Source of the DNA: Planctomycetota bacterium
GTDB lineage: Bacteria; Planctomycetota; JAJSAM01; JAJVHW01
Reading direction: 5' to 3'
Assembly: GCA_965248445.1 (NCBI GenBank)
Contig: CBDFJG010000004.1
Span: 1,696,001 to 1,760,000, forward strand
DNA length: 64,000 nucleotides
The notes beneath the pieces were generated by a model. It had not been told where the DNA came from. It did not search any database and worked only from the letters and a program-made list of their open reading frames with translations. Below are positions 44,698-53,863 of this stretch, one piece after another. Numbering within the stretch: position 1 is the stretch's first letter; each line of letters opens with the position of its first letter. Made by a program: the position numbers and the translations under genes.

Positions 44698-46446
44698 CTA
44701 CTTCATGCCGTGCATCTGTTCGTCCTTGGTGACCCACCAACCGAGATACGACGGATCGAAGTTCCAGACGCCGCGCGGACTGAAGTGGATCCCACGCATG
44801 CGCTTGGCGAACCCCCACAGCACCCGCCGATTCCACAGGAACGTGTACGGCTGCTCGTCGTAGATGATCTTCTGCATCTCGGCGTAGTACGCGGCACGCT
44901 TGGTCTGATCGAACTCGAAGCGCGCGAGCTTCAGGAGCTCATCCACGCGCTCATTGTTGAATCCGCCGTAGTTGCGACCACCGTCGTACTGGCTCGAGTG
45001 CCAGAGGTTCCAGCCGGTGTCCGGGTCGGTACCCGTGCCCCAGGCCGCGATCGATGCCTGGAACTCATGCTCGCGGGTGCGCTGCTGGAACGTGGCCCAC
45101 TCGAGGACGATCTGCTTCATCTCGACGCCGATCTTGCGCAGGTCCTGCTCGAAGATGGCCGCGATCTGCGGCGACGTCGTACTGCCCTGCGGAATCAGCA
45201 GCGTGAACGTGAACGCAGTGCCGTCTCTCTCCCGCCAGCCGGTCTCGTCATTGACTTTCCAGCCGGCCTCGTCCAGTAGGCCTGCGGCCTTCTCCAGATC
45301 GAATCCCAGGAGCTTGACGTCCTTGTTGAACATCCACGAGTCGGGGTGATAAACGCCGTAGCACGGATCGACGATGTTGTAGCCGATCTGCGAGATCATC
45401 AACGGCAGGTTCATCGCATGCGTCATGGCACGGCGAACGCGGACGTCGTTGAAGAACGGGTTCGAACCGTCCTGGTTCCAGCCGACGTACGAGAAACTCC
45501 ACTGCTTGCCCATCGCCTTGTACGCGGCCCGCGTGTAGCTCTCCGACCCCACCGTCTCCACCGCGAACTGCTTCGGCGACATCCGGAACTCGTCGGTCTC
45601 GCCCTTCTCGAGCGTGAGCAACGCCACGTTGTTGTCCGGGATGATCCGGCACACGATGCGCTTGAAGTGGGGCTTCGCTCCGTGGAAGTCCTCCCAGCGC
45701 TCGAGGACGATCTTGTCGTTCTCCTTCCACTCCACGAACTTGTAGGGCCCGCTGCCCACGGGCTCGCGGTTGACGCGCGCGTGGTACTCGTTCGTCTTCA
45801 GCGTCGGGTCCTGCTCCTTCTCCACCTCGTAGATGTGCTTCGGGATGATGGAGAAGAAGACGTTCCACTTGCTGGTCGGCAGCGGGTCCTTGTGCACGAA
45901 TCGCACCGTCAGGTCATCGACGGCCTCGCACAGTTCGATCTCGTCCGTGCCGGGCTTCTGCGACGGACACGGCACGCGGTCATCCAGGATGTTCTTCCAC
46001 GAGAACGCGATGTCGTGCGCCGTGTACGGGTGGCCGTCGTGCCACTTGAGGCCGGGCTTCAGCTTGAGCGTCCAGACCTTGTGGTCCTCACTCTCCTCCA
46101 AGCTCTCGACCATCGCGTCGTTCAGCATCCAGTTGAGGTCTCGGTCGAATGTGAAGGGACCGTTGAACAGGAAGGCGTTCAGCCGGAACTCGTACGTGGA
46201 CGACCCGAACAGCGGGTTCAACGTGGCGGGGTTGCCGTCGAGCGTGCAGTAGAACCACTCGTCCTCCGTGGCCTCGGCTGCGTCGTACTCCTGCAGCAGC
46301 GTCGCGGGATTGACGAGCGGGTCGTTGGCAGGATCGTACGCATCGGTTGCGCCGGCTGCGCCGCCGCCGCCCGTCGGTGCGGGACCCGGGCACGCGGTCG
46401 TGGCGATGGCGGCGAGTGCCAAGAGACAGAGAGACGACATACGCAT
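44698..46446 (-). CDS. Peptide ABC transporter substrate-binding lipoprotein (family 5)
   Basis: SD GGGAGG; lipobox TTAC; LKWHDGHPYTAHD, PVGSGPYKF, VRRAMTHA. Confidence 0.92.
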   Translation of the reverse strand: MRMSSLCLLALAAIATTACPGPAPTGGGGAAGATDAYDPANDPLVNPATLLQEYDAAEATEDEWFYCTLDGNPATLNPLFGSSTYEFRLNAFLFNGPFTFDRDLNWMLNDAMVESLEESEDHKVWTLKLKPGLKWHDGHPYTAHDIAFSWKNILDDRVPCPSQKPGTDEIELCEAVDDLTVRFVHKDPLPTSKWNVFFSIIPKHIYEVEKEQDPTLKTNEYHARVNREPVGSGPYKFVEWKENDKIVLERWEDFHGAKPHFKRIVCRIIPDNNVALLTLEKGETDEFRMSPKQFAVETVGSESYTRAAYKAMGKQWSFSYVGWNQDGSNPFFNDVRVRRAMTHAMNLPLMISQIGYNIVDPCYGVYHPDSWMFNKDVKLLGFDLEKAAGLLDEAGWKVNDETGWRERDGTAFTFTLLIPQGSTTSPQIAAIFEQDLRKIGVEMKQIVLEWATFQQRTREHEFQASIAAWGTGTDPDTGWNLWHSSQYDGGRNYGGFNNERVDELLKLARFEFDQTKRAAYYAEMQKIIYDEQPYTFLWNRRVLWGFAKRMRGIHFSPRGVWNFDPSYLGWWVTKDEQMHGMK

Positions 46447-46533
46447 CGGCGAACCTCCCGTTCCGGCCGCTACAGCCGGGCGGGCGAGTCTATCGGACCC
46501 GCCACACGAACGAACGCCGCAACGGGCACGTGA

Positions 46534-47558
46534 CTACGCGGGCGGCGCGACGGTCGTCTGGCCGGTGACGATCGGGCAGGCGACCTGGCGTCGGGCATCG
46601 ACCTGCACGAGCGGCGGAATCTCCTCGGCGCACGACGGCTGCGCGAGCGGGCAGCGCGTGCGGAAGCCGCAGCCGGAGGGCTTGTTCATCGGAGTCGGGA
46701 TGTCGCCCACGAGCATCGTCCGCTTCTCGCGGCGGCGGTGGGGATCGGGTTGCGGAACGGCCGACAGCAGTGCCGTCGAGTACGGGTGGACAGGGTCCTT
46801 GTAGACCTGCTCCGAGTCCGCCAGTTCGACGATGTTACCGAGGTACATCACCGCGATGCGATCGCTGATGTGGTAGACGACCGACAAGTCGTGGGCAATG
46901 AACAGGTAGGTGAGCCCGAACTCCTCCTGCAGGTCCTGCATCAGGTTCACGACCTGCGCCTGCACCGAGACGTCGAGCGCACTCACCGGCTCGTCGCCGA
47001 TGATCAGCTTGGGGCGCGTGGACAACGCCCGCGCGATGCCGATGCGCTGCCTCTGACCGCCCGAGAACTCGTGTGGGAACCGGCCGGCGTACTGCGGCTG
47101 CAGACCGACGCGGTCGAGCAGGTCGAGCACACGCTTGCGGCGCGCGCGACGGTCGAGTTTCGTGTGCACCTTCATCGGCCCGCCGACGATCTGCTCCACG
47201 GTCATGCGCGGATTGAGCGACGAGAACGGGTCCTGGAAGATGAGCGCGATCTCGGACCGGTACGGGTGCATCGCCCGGCGCGACAGTCCGTGTACGTTCA
47301 CGGGGCCACGGTCGGAGTGGAAGATGATCTCTCCCTCGAGCCGCGTGCCGGGAACGGTCGGCCGAATCAAGTTGATGATGGCCTTGCCGATCGTCGACTT
47401 CCCCGAACCGGACTCCCCCACCAGGCCGACCGTCTCGCCCTTTTGGATGTCGAACGTCACGCCGTCCACGGCCTTCACGCGCCCGACCACGTGGCGCAGC
47501 ACGCCGCCGTACACGGGGAAGTGCACCTTCACGTCCCGCATCTCGAGGAGTGGCTCGC

Positions 47559-47562
<4 letters not shown>
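46534..47562 (-). CDS. Peptide ABC transporter ATP-binding protein (OppF-like)
   Basis: GESGSGKS, FSGGQRQR, DEPVSALD, HPY, GCGFRTRCP. Confidence 0.95.
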
Positions 47563-48545
<983 letters not shown>

Positions 48546-48549
48546 CCGT

Positions 48550-49680
48550 TCACCGCAGCCTCGAGAAGACCTTCGGGTCGAACGCCTCGCGGATGCCCTC
48601 GCCGATGAAGACCACGAGGTTCAGAGTGAGGAACAGCGCCGCCAGCGGGAACGTCACCAGGTGCCAATGCTGGATGTTCTCCTTGCCCTGGTTCACCAGT
48701 TCACCCCACGACGGAGTCGGCGCGGGCAGCCCGAAGCCGAGGAAGTCCAGTCCGACGAGTGACACGATCGCGCCGACGGTTGCGAACGGTGCAAACGTGA
48801 TGATCGGCGTGAGCGAGTTCGGCAGGATGTGCGAGAACATGATCGCCCGCCGTGAGTCGCCCTGCGCGATGGCCGCAGAGACGTAGTCCTTGGCCTTCTC
48901 GCGGTAGAACTCGCCACGCATGTAGTAGCTGATCCCGACCCATCGGAACACGCTCAACAACAGCGCCAGTCCGAGCAGCTGCGGCTTCAGTAACGCGCTG
49001 ATAATGATCACCGTGTACAGGAACGGAATCGACCCCCAGATCTCAACGAGCCTCTGCCCGAGGAAGTCGAGCTTGCCGCCGAAGAACCCCAGCAGGGCGC
49101 CGACGCTCGCGCCGATCACGTAGGCAATCGAGATCACGAGCAACGCGAATGTGATCGAGATCCTGAACCCGTACGCCAGGCGCGCGAATACGTCGCGTCC
49201 CCGGTCGTCCGTCCCCATCCAGTGTCCTCGCTGCGGCTTGTGCGGCGGCGCACCAGACAGCGCTGGATCCGTGAGCAACGACTCGTTCGGGTGGTACGGA
49301 TACAGCGGCATCACGAGCCAGCTGTCGGTCTCACTCTCTGCCCAGTCCTCAGCCAGCTTGCGGTAGTTAGCCTCGCCGATCGAGCGCTGCCCGAACGTCT
49401 TCGCAGCGTGCTGCTTGCCACTCGTCCACTCGGCCAGCGCCGGGAAGTAGGTCTCGCCGCCGTGACTGACGATCAGCGCGCGGCTATTGATCAGTAGCGG
49501 GTTGAACACGCTGATGACGTACAGCCCGACGAGCAGCAGGAAGCACCACCAGCCGCGCTTGAGCGTGCGGAACTTGCGCCATCGGCGGCGCAGCACCGAG
49601 ACGGACCGCTGTATCTCCGCACGCTCCCCCGCGACCTCTTCGGCCGTCGCGCCAGTGACAACAGGTTCGGCGTCGTCCAT
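48550..49680 (-). CDS. Peptide ABC permease (YejE-like)
   Basis: RWRKFRTLKRG, HWMGTDDRGRDVFARL, LDFLGFGLP..TPSWGEL, IGEGIREAFDP. Confidence 0.9.
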   Translation of the reverse strand: MDDAEPVVTGATAEEVAGERAEIQRSVSVLRRRWRKFRTLKRGWWCFLLLVGLYVISVFNPLLINSRALIVSHGGETYFPALAEWTSGKQHAAKTFGQRSIGEANYRKLAEDWAESETDSWLVMPLYPYHPNESLLTDPALSGAPPHKPQRGHWMGTDDRGRDVFARLAYGFRISITFALLVISIAYVIGASVGALLGFFGGKLDFLGQRLVEIWGSIPFLYTVIIISALLKPQLLGLALLLSVFRWVGISYYMRGEFYREKAKDYVSAAIAQGDSRRAIMFSHILPNSLTPIITFAPFATVGAIVSLVGLDFLGFGLPAPTPSWGELVNQGKENIQHWHLVTFPLAALFLTLNLVVFIGEGIREAFDPKVFSRLR

Positions 49681-49686
49681 CGCCGC

Positions 49687-50742
49687 CTACGCGAATCTGA
49701 TCCGCGGGTCTACGAGCACGTACAGAACGTCGCTCAGGATGTTGCCGAACAGTACGAGCACGGCGTTGATCGCCAGCACACCCAGCACAACTGCGTAGTC
49801 GCGCCCGACGATCGACGTGTAGCCGAGATACCCCAGCCCGTCGATGTTGAACACGTACTCGATCAGATAACTGCCGGCCATGATGATGCCGATGGCGTGG
49901 CCGAGGCCCGTGCAGATCGGTATGAGCGAGTTGCGCAGGGCGTGTTGGAACACGACGCGCTTTTCTGAGAGTCCCTTGGCGAACGCCGTCCTCACGTAGT
50001 CGGCGCCCAGGTTCTCCATCAGCGAGTTCTTCATGAGCAGCGTGAGCGTCGCAAAGCTTCCGATCATGTAGCAGATGACCGGTGCGATCGTGTGGTGCAG
50101 CTTGTCCTTGATGCACCACCAGTACTCACCCTTGTCCCACATGGCGTTGAACTCGGGAGAGTGGAATCCGCCGAGCGGAATCCAATCGAAGAAGTTGCCG
50201 CCACCGAAGTACACGAGCAGCAGTGCACCGAGCGCCCAGCCGGGAATCGAGTATCCGATGAACACGAGCAGACTCGAGCCGACGTCGAAGACGCTGCTGT
50301 GCTTGACGGCCTTCATGACCCCCAGCGGGATGCAGACCAGGTATGCGAGAGTGAACCCGATCAGACCGAAGTAGATCGAGATGGGGAAGCGGTCCTTGAT
50401 CAGGTCGACGACCGGCGTGCTGTACTTGTACGAGTTGCCCAAGTCCCCACGGACGACGTCGCCGAGCCAGTGGACGTACGCAACGGGCAGAGGCATGTCC
50501 AAGCGAAAGCGCTTCTCGAGTTCCTTCATCGCTTCTGGCGGGATGGCTGCGCCCCCACCGGCCTGCTCTCCGCCGCCGGACGCGCCCCCTTCGCCGCCCT
50601 GCTCGCCGCCCATCTGGATCTGGACCATCATCTGGTCGATCGGTCCGCCGGGGACGAACCGGGTGACGCAGAAAACGAGGAATGTGATCCCGATGAAAGT
50701 CGGGATCAGGAGCAACAGCCGGCGTGCGAAGTAGGCGCCCAT
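49687..50742 (-). CDS. Peptide ABC permease (YejB-like)
   Basis: RRLLLLIPT, FVPGGP, FATLTLLMKNS, DYVRTAFAKGL, VDPRIRF. Confidence 0.9.
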   Translation of the reverse strand: MGAYFARRLLLLIPTFIGITFLVFCVTRFVPGGPIDQMMVQIQMGGEQGGEGGASGGGEQAGGGAAIPPEAMKELEKRFRLDMPLPVAYVHWLGDVVRGDLGNSYKYSTPVVDLIKDRFPISIYFGLIGFTLAYLVCIPLGVMKAVKHSSVFDVGSSLLVFIGYSIPGWALGALLLVYFGGGNFFDWIPLGGFHSPEFNAMWDKGEYWWCIKDKLHHTIAPVICYMIGSFATLTLLMKNSLMENLGADYVRTAFAKGLSEKRVVFQHALRNSLIPICTGLGHAIGIIMAGSYLIEYVFNIDGLGYLGYTSIVGRDYAVVLGVLAINAVLVLFGNILSDVLYVLVDPRIRFA

Positions 50743-50763
50743 GGCGAGGCCGCGTGGTCCTGC

Positions 50764-52782
50764 CTACTCGCCGCCCTTGTTGCGCTGCCAGGCGTTCCAC
50801 GCTTCCCAGAAGCGGTTCTGCTTCTCAGGGATCGGCATGGTCTTCGAGTCGTCCTTCTTGGCGGCCTCGAGCTCTGCTTCCTTCTCCGGATCGATCCAGA
50901 ATCCGTAGTAGTAGGCGCGGCTCTGGGACACGCGCGAGCAGCCCCACGGCGGCATGCCGACCTTGTTCCAGTACATGAAGCGCAGGTTGCCGCCGTACCA
51001 CCCGAGCACGTACGGGTGCTGCTTGTAGATCAGTCCGTCGATCTCACCCACCGTCCGGATGCGCTCGGAGACCTCGTATGACGCGTCGTACTCCGCCATC
51101 AGGGCATCGACCGCGTCGTCGGCGAACGCCGTGATGTTGTTGTTGCCGGTCTGCTCCGCGAGCTCGCCCTTCCACGACGACTCGGGGTTCGGGAACACGA
51201 GCGCGCCCCAGGCCTGGCTCGAGAGCTCGTACTCCTTGCCGGTGACCGCTTTCCACTGCTCCGCCGGCGTGATCCGCCGCAGGTTGATCTTGATGCCGGC
51301 TTTCGCACAATCCTCCTGGAAGATGGTCAGGCTTCGCTCGGTGAGCGCGCTGGTGTAGAGGATCTGGAACTCCATGAGCTTGCCGTCCTTGACGCGCAAA
51401 AGCTGATCGTTCACCTCGGTCCACCCGGCGGCTTCGAGGAGTTCGACCGCCCCCACCGGATCGTACGGCAGGTCTTCGTTGTCGGGGTTCGCGTACATGC
51501 CGCCCTGCCAGTAGCTCGTCAGAGGCTTGTACTCGTTGAAGTAGAGCTTCTCGATCATCAGCTCGCGGTTGTAGAGGAACTGCAACGCCTTGCGGATGCG
51601 CACGTCGTCGAGCGGCGCCTTCTTCATGTTGATGGCGATGCCGCTCGTCCCGATCGGCCCGTCGTTGAAGATCTTCTTCATGACGAGCAGACCGCGCTTC
51701 ACCGGGTCGAGGTGCAGGATCTCGGTGGCCCACCACTGCGCTTTCGGCACGTAGTAGATGTCGAGTTCGCCCTTCTTGGCCTTCTCGTACGCGAGGCTGA
51801 TGTCCTTGACGATCTCGTACTCGAAACGATCGATGTTCGCAGTTCCGGCAACAGAGGGATCACCGTCGCGCCAGTAGCTCTTACGCTTCGAGATGGCCAG
51901 GGAGGCGCCGAGCTGGACGTCCTCCATCTTCACTTCGTACTGTCCGACGGCCGGGAAGTACGAGTTCTGGTACTTCTCGAGGAACTCGTCTCCTGGCATG
52001 TCGATGTACTTCGCGGGCATCACAAAGCTCTCCGCGAAGTACTGGAAGTTGCGCCAGTTGTCCTGCTTGCACGTGACTCTCACGATGTACTTCGACTCCG
52101 CGGTGGGCGTCTCGAACTTCCCCCACGTGATGAGCGAGGACGGGAAACGCGCCTTCGGATCCATGCGCAGCTTGTACGTCGCGATCCAATCGTCCGCCGT
52201 GACCTCGGCGCCGTCGCTCCAGCGCGCCTCCGGATTGATGCGGAACCGGTAGGTCTGCTTGTCTTCCGAGATCTGCCAGTGCGTGGCGAGGCTGGGAATG
52301 AACTCCAGCGTGGTCGGGTGAATGGAGAGCAGGCCCTCCGTGCAGAGGTCCATCACGATGTAGTTGAACTGTGTGTTCCAGTTCTCGCCATGGAGCCGGA
52401 GCGTCGCCGGCCAATCCAGCAGGTAGCCGCGCAGCGTCCCGCCCTGCGGCGCGTCCGGCCACCCAAGAGCCGGAAACGTCATGTTCGTGGTCCAGCCCTC
52501 GCCGGTGAACCCGGGTCCGCCCATCTCGGCGGGTACCGAGGAGTCGCCGACATCCTTGTTCCAGCGGTAGGTCACGTCCGGGAAGTCGAGGTGGTCCTTG
52601 TACCTCTCGATCAGCTCGGCGTTCGTGTCCGTGGAGACGTTCACGTCGCCGTCACCACCTCCGCCGCCGCCTCCCCCGCCGCCTCCCCCGGTGTTTCCGT
52701 CGTCACCGCACGCCGGCAGCGCCAGGGCGATCGCGGCGAGAAGCAAGGCTTGGCCCAGGCGCGAGGTTGAGATCGACGACAT
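50764..52782 (-). CDS. Peptide ABC substrate-binding lipoprotein (YejA-like)
   Basis: SD GAGGAG; lipobox LPAC then poly-Gly linker; PDAPQGG, ARWSDG, DVRIRKAL. Confidence 0.9.
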   Translation of the reverse strand: MSSISTSRLGQALLLAAIALALPACGDDGNTGGGGGGGGGGGGDGDVNVSTDTNAELIERYKDHLDFPDVTYRWNKDVGDSSVPAEMGGPGFTGEGWTTNMTFPALGWPDAPQGGTLRGYLLDWPATLRLHGENWNTQFNYIVMDLCTEGLLSIHPTTLEFIPSLATHWQISEDKQTYRFRINPEARWSDGAEVTADDWIATYKLRMDPKARFPSSLITWGKFETPTAESKYIVRVTCKQDNWRNFQYFAESFVMPAKYIDMPGDEFLEKYQNSYFPAVGQYEVKMEDVQLGASLAISKRKSYWRDGDPSVAGTANIDRFEYEIVKDISLAYEKAKKGELDIYYVPKAQWWATEILHLDPVKRGLLVMKKIFNDGPIGTSGIAINMKKAPLDDVRIRKALQFLYNRELMIEKLYFNEYKPLTSYWQGGMYANPDNEDLPYDPVGAVELLEAAGWTEVNDQLLRVKDGKLMEFQILYTSALTERSLTIFQEDCAKAGIKINLRRITPAEQWKAVTGKEYELSSQAWGALVFPNPESSWKGELAEQTGNNNITAFADDAVDALMAEYDASYEVSERIRTVGEIDGLIYKQHPYVLGWYGGNLRFMYWNKVGMPPWGCSRVSQSRAYYYGFWIDPEKEAELEAAKKDDSKTMPIPEKQNRFWEAWNAWQRNKGGE

Positions 52783-52940
52783 GGTAGGAGTCTCCTCTCG
52801 ATCGGGTTTGCGGGCGGCGTCCGCCACCCAGCTTCCGGGGAGGGCGGTTCTACCGCAAGCGAGGGGGCGGATGCAGCCGTTCGTCCCCACTCTCGGGCCC
52901 GCTCTCGGGCCCGTGACCGCCCCCAGCGTGACGCGGCCAG

Positions 52941-53837
52941 TCAGTCGGTCCACTCGTCGCGGAAGATCTCGGCCCACTCACGCGCGATCCGCGCGGCGTG
53001 CGGGGCCTCTTCCTCAACGGTGTCGGCGAGGTCGATCAGGCCCTTCGCCCGCTTCGCGAGGTCCTTCGCCTTCAGCCGCTTCTTGCTCGCGGCCGGTCCG
53101 TGAACCCCGCCGACGAGCTTCGCGACGCGCCGCTGCGCGGCGAACTCGGCCTCGTGGTCTCCCTCGCGGAGCGCTTGCGAACGGGCAGCCGCGGTCTCAG
53201 CAGCCTCAGTACGCGCGAATCGCTCCGCGGCGCCGTCGAGGACCTCGGTGGCTTCGAGCACTCGGCCGGCTTCGACCAGCGTCTCCGCCCGTGCGAGCAT
53301 CCGACCGGCAATGACTGCCTGCGTCTCGGCATCGGCGCGTTCCAGATAGCGAAGTTGTTTCTCGAGGTCGCGCTTGCTGAGTCCGCCCGGTCGTCCTTCC
53401 CACTGCACCGTACCGTTGCCGTCGATCAGAACCGCGTGCGGCAGCATCTTGACCTCGTAGCCGGAGCCGCCGCCGAACGCCATCGGGAAGCCCACGCGCG
53501 GCGCACGGTGGACGAGGTAGCGCAGACCCGTCGCGCGCTCTTCGTGCGTCACACCGACGACGTTCAGTCCCTTGCGGCGCAAGGCCTCGTCGAGACGCGC
53601 GAGTTGCGGGAGCGCGCTCCGCGAGGCGGGACAGTCCGTCTTCCAGAACGCGAGGAGGACCATCTCGCCATCGAAGCCTGCGATCTCGGTGCGTCCGTCG
53701 CCGCGGGACCAGTCGCGGGCCGTCAACTCGGGAGCCGTCTCACCGACCAGCGTGTGCCGCGCGTCGGCACCGCTGGGGGTCGCGATGACCAGAGCAGCAG
53801 CCAGCACTGCGAGCAGACGGAGTGGAGTGATGCGCAT
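52941..53837 (-). CDS. Exported TlpA/redoxin-like thioredoxin-fold protein (CxxS) with helical C-terminus
   Basis: Signal peptide; VGETAPEL, LLAFWKTDCPAS, LPHAVLIDGNG. Confidence 0.85.
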   Translation of the reverse strand: MRITPLRLLAVLAAALVIATPSGADARHTLVGETAPELTARDWSRGDGRTEIAGFDGEMVLLAFWKTDCPASRSALPQLARLDEALRRKGLNVVGVTHEERATGLRYLVHRAPRVGFPMAFGGGSGYEVKMLPHAVLIDGNGTVQWEGRPGGLSKRDLEKQLRYLERADAETQAVIAGRMLARAETLVEAGRVLEATEVLDGAAERFARTEAAETAAARSQALREGDHEAEFAAQRRVAKLVGGVHGPAASKKRLKAKDLAKRAKGLIDLADTVEEEAPHAARIAREWAEIFRDEWTD

Positions 53838-53863
53838 AGCGATGACACCCCGCGCGGGAGTCG

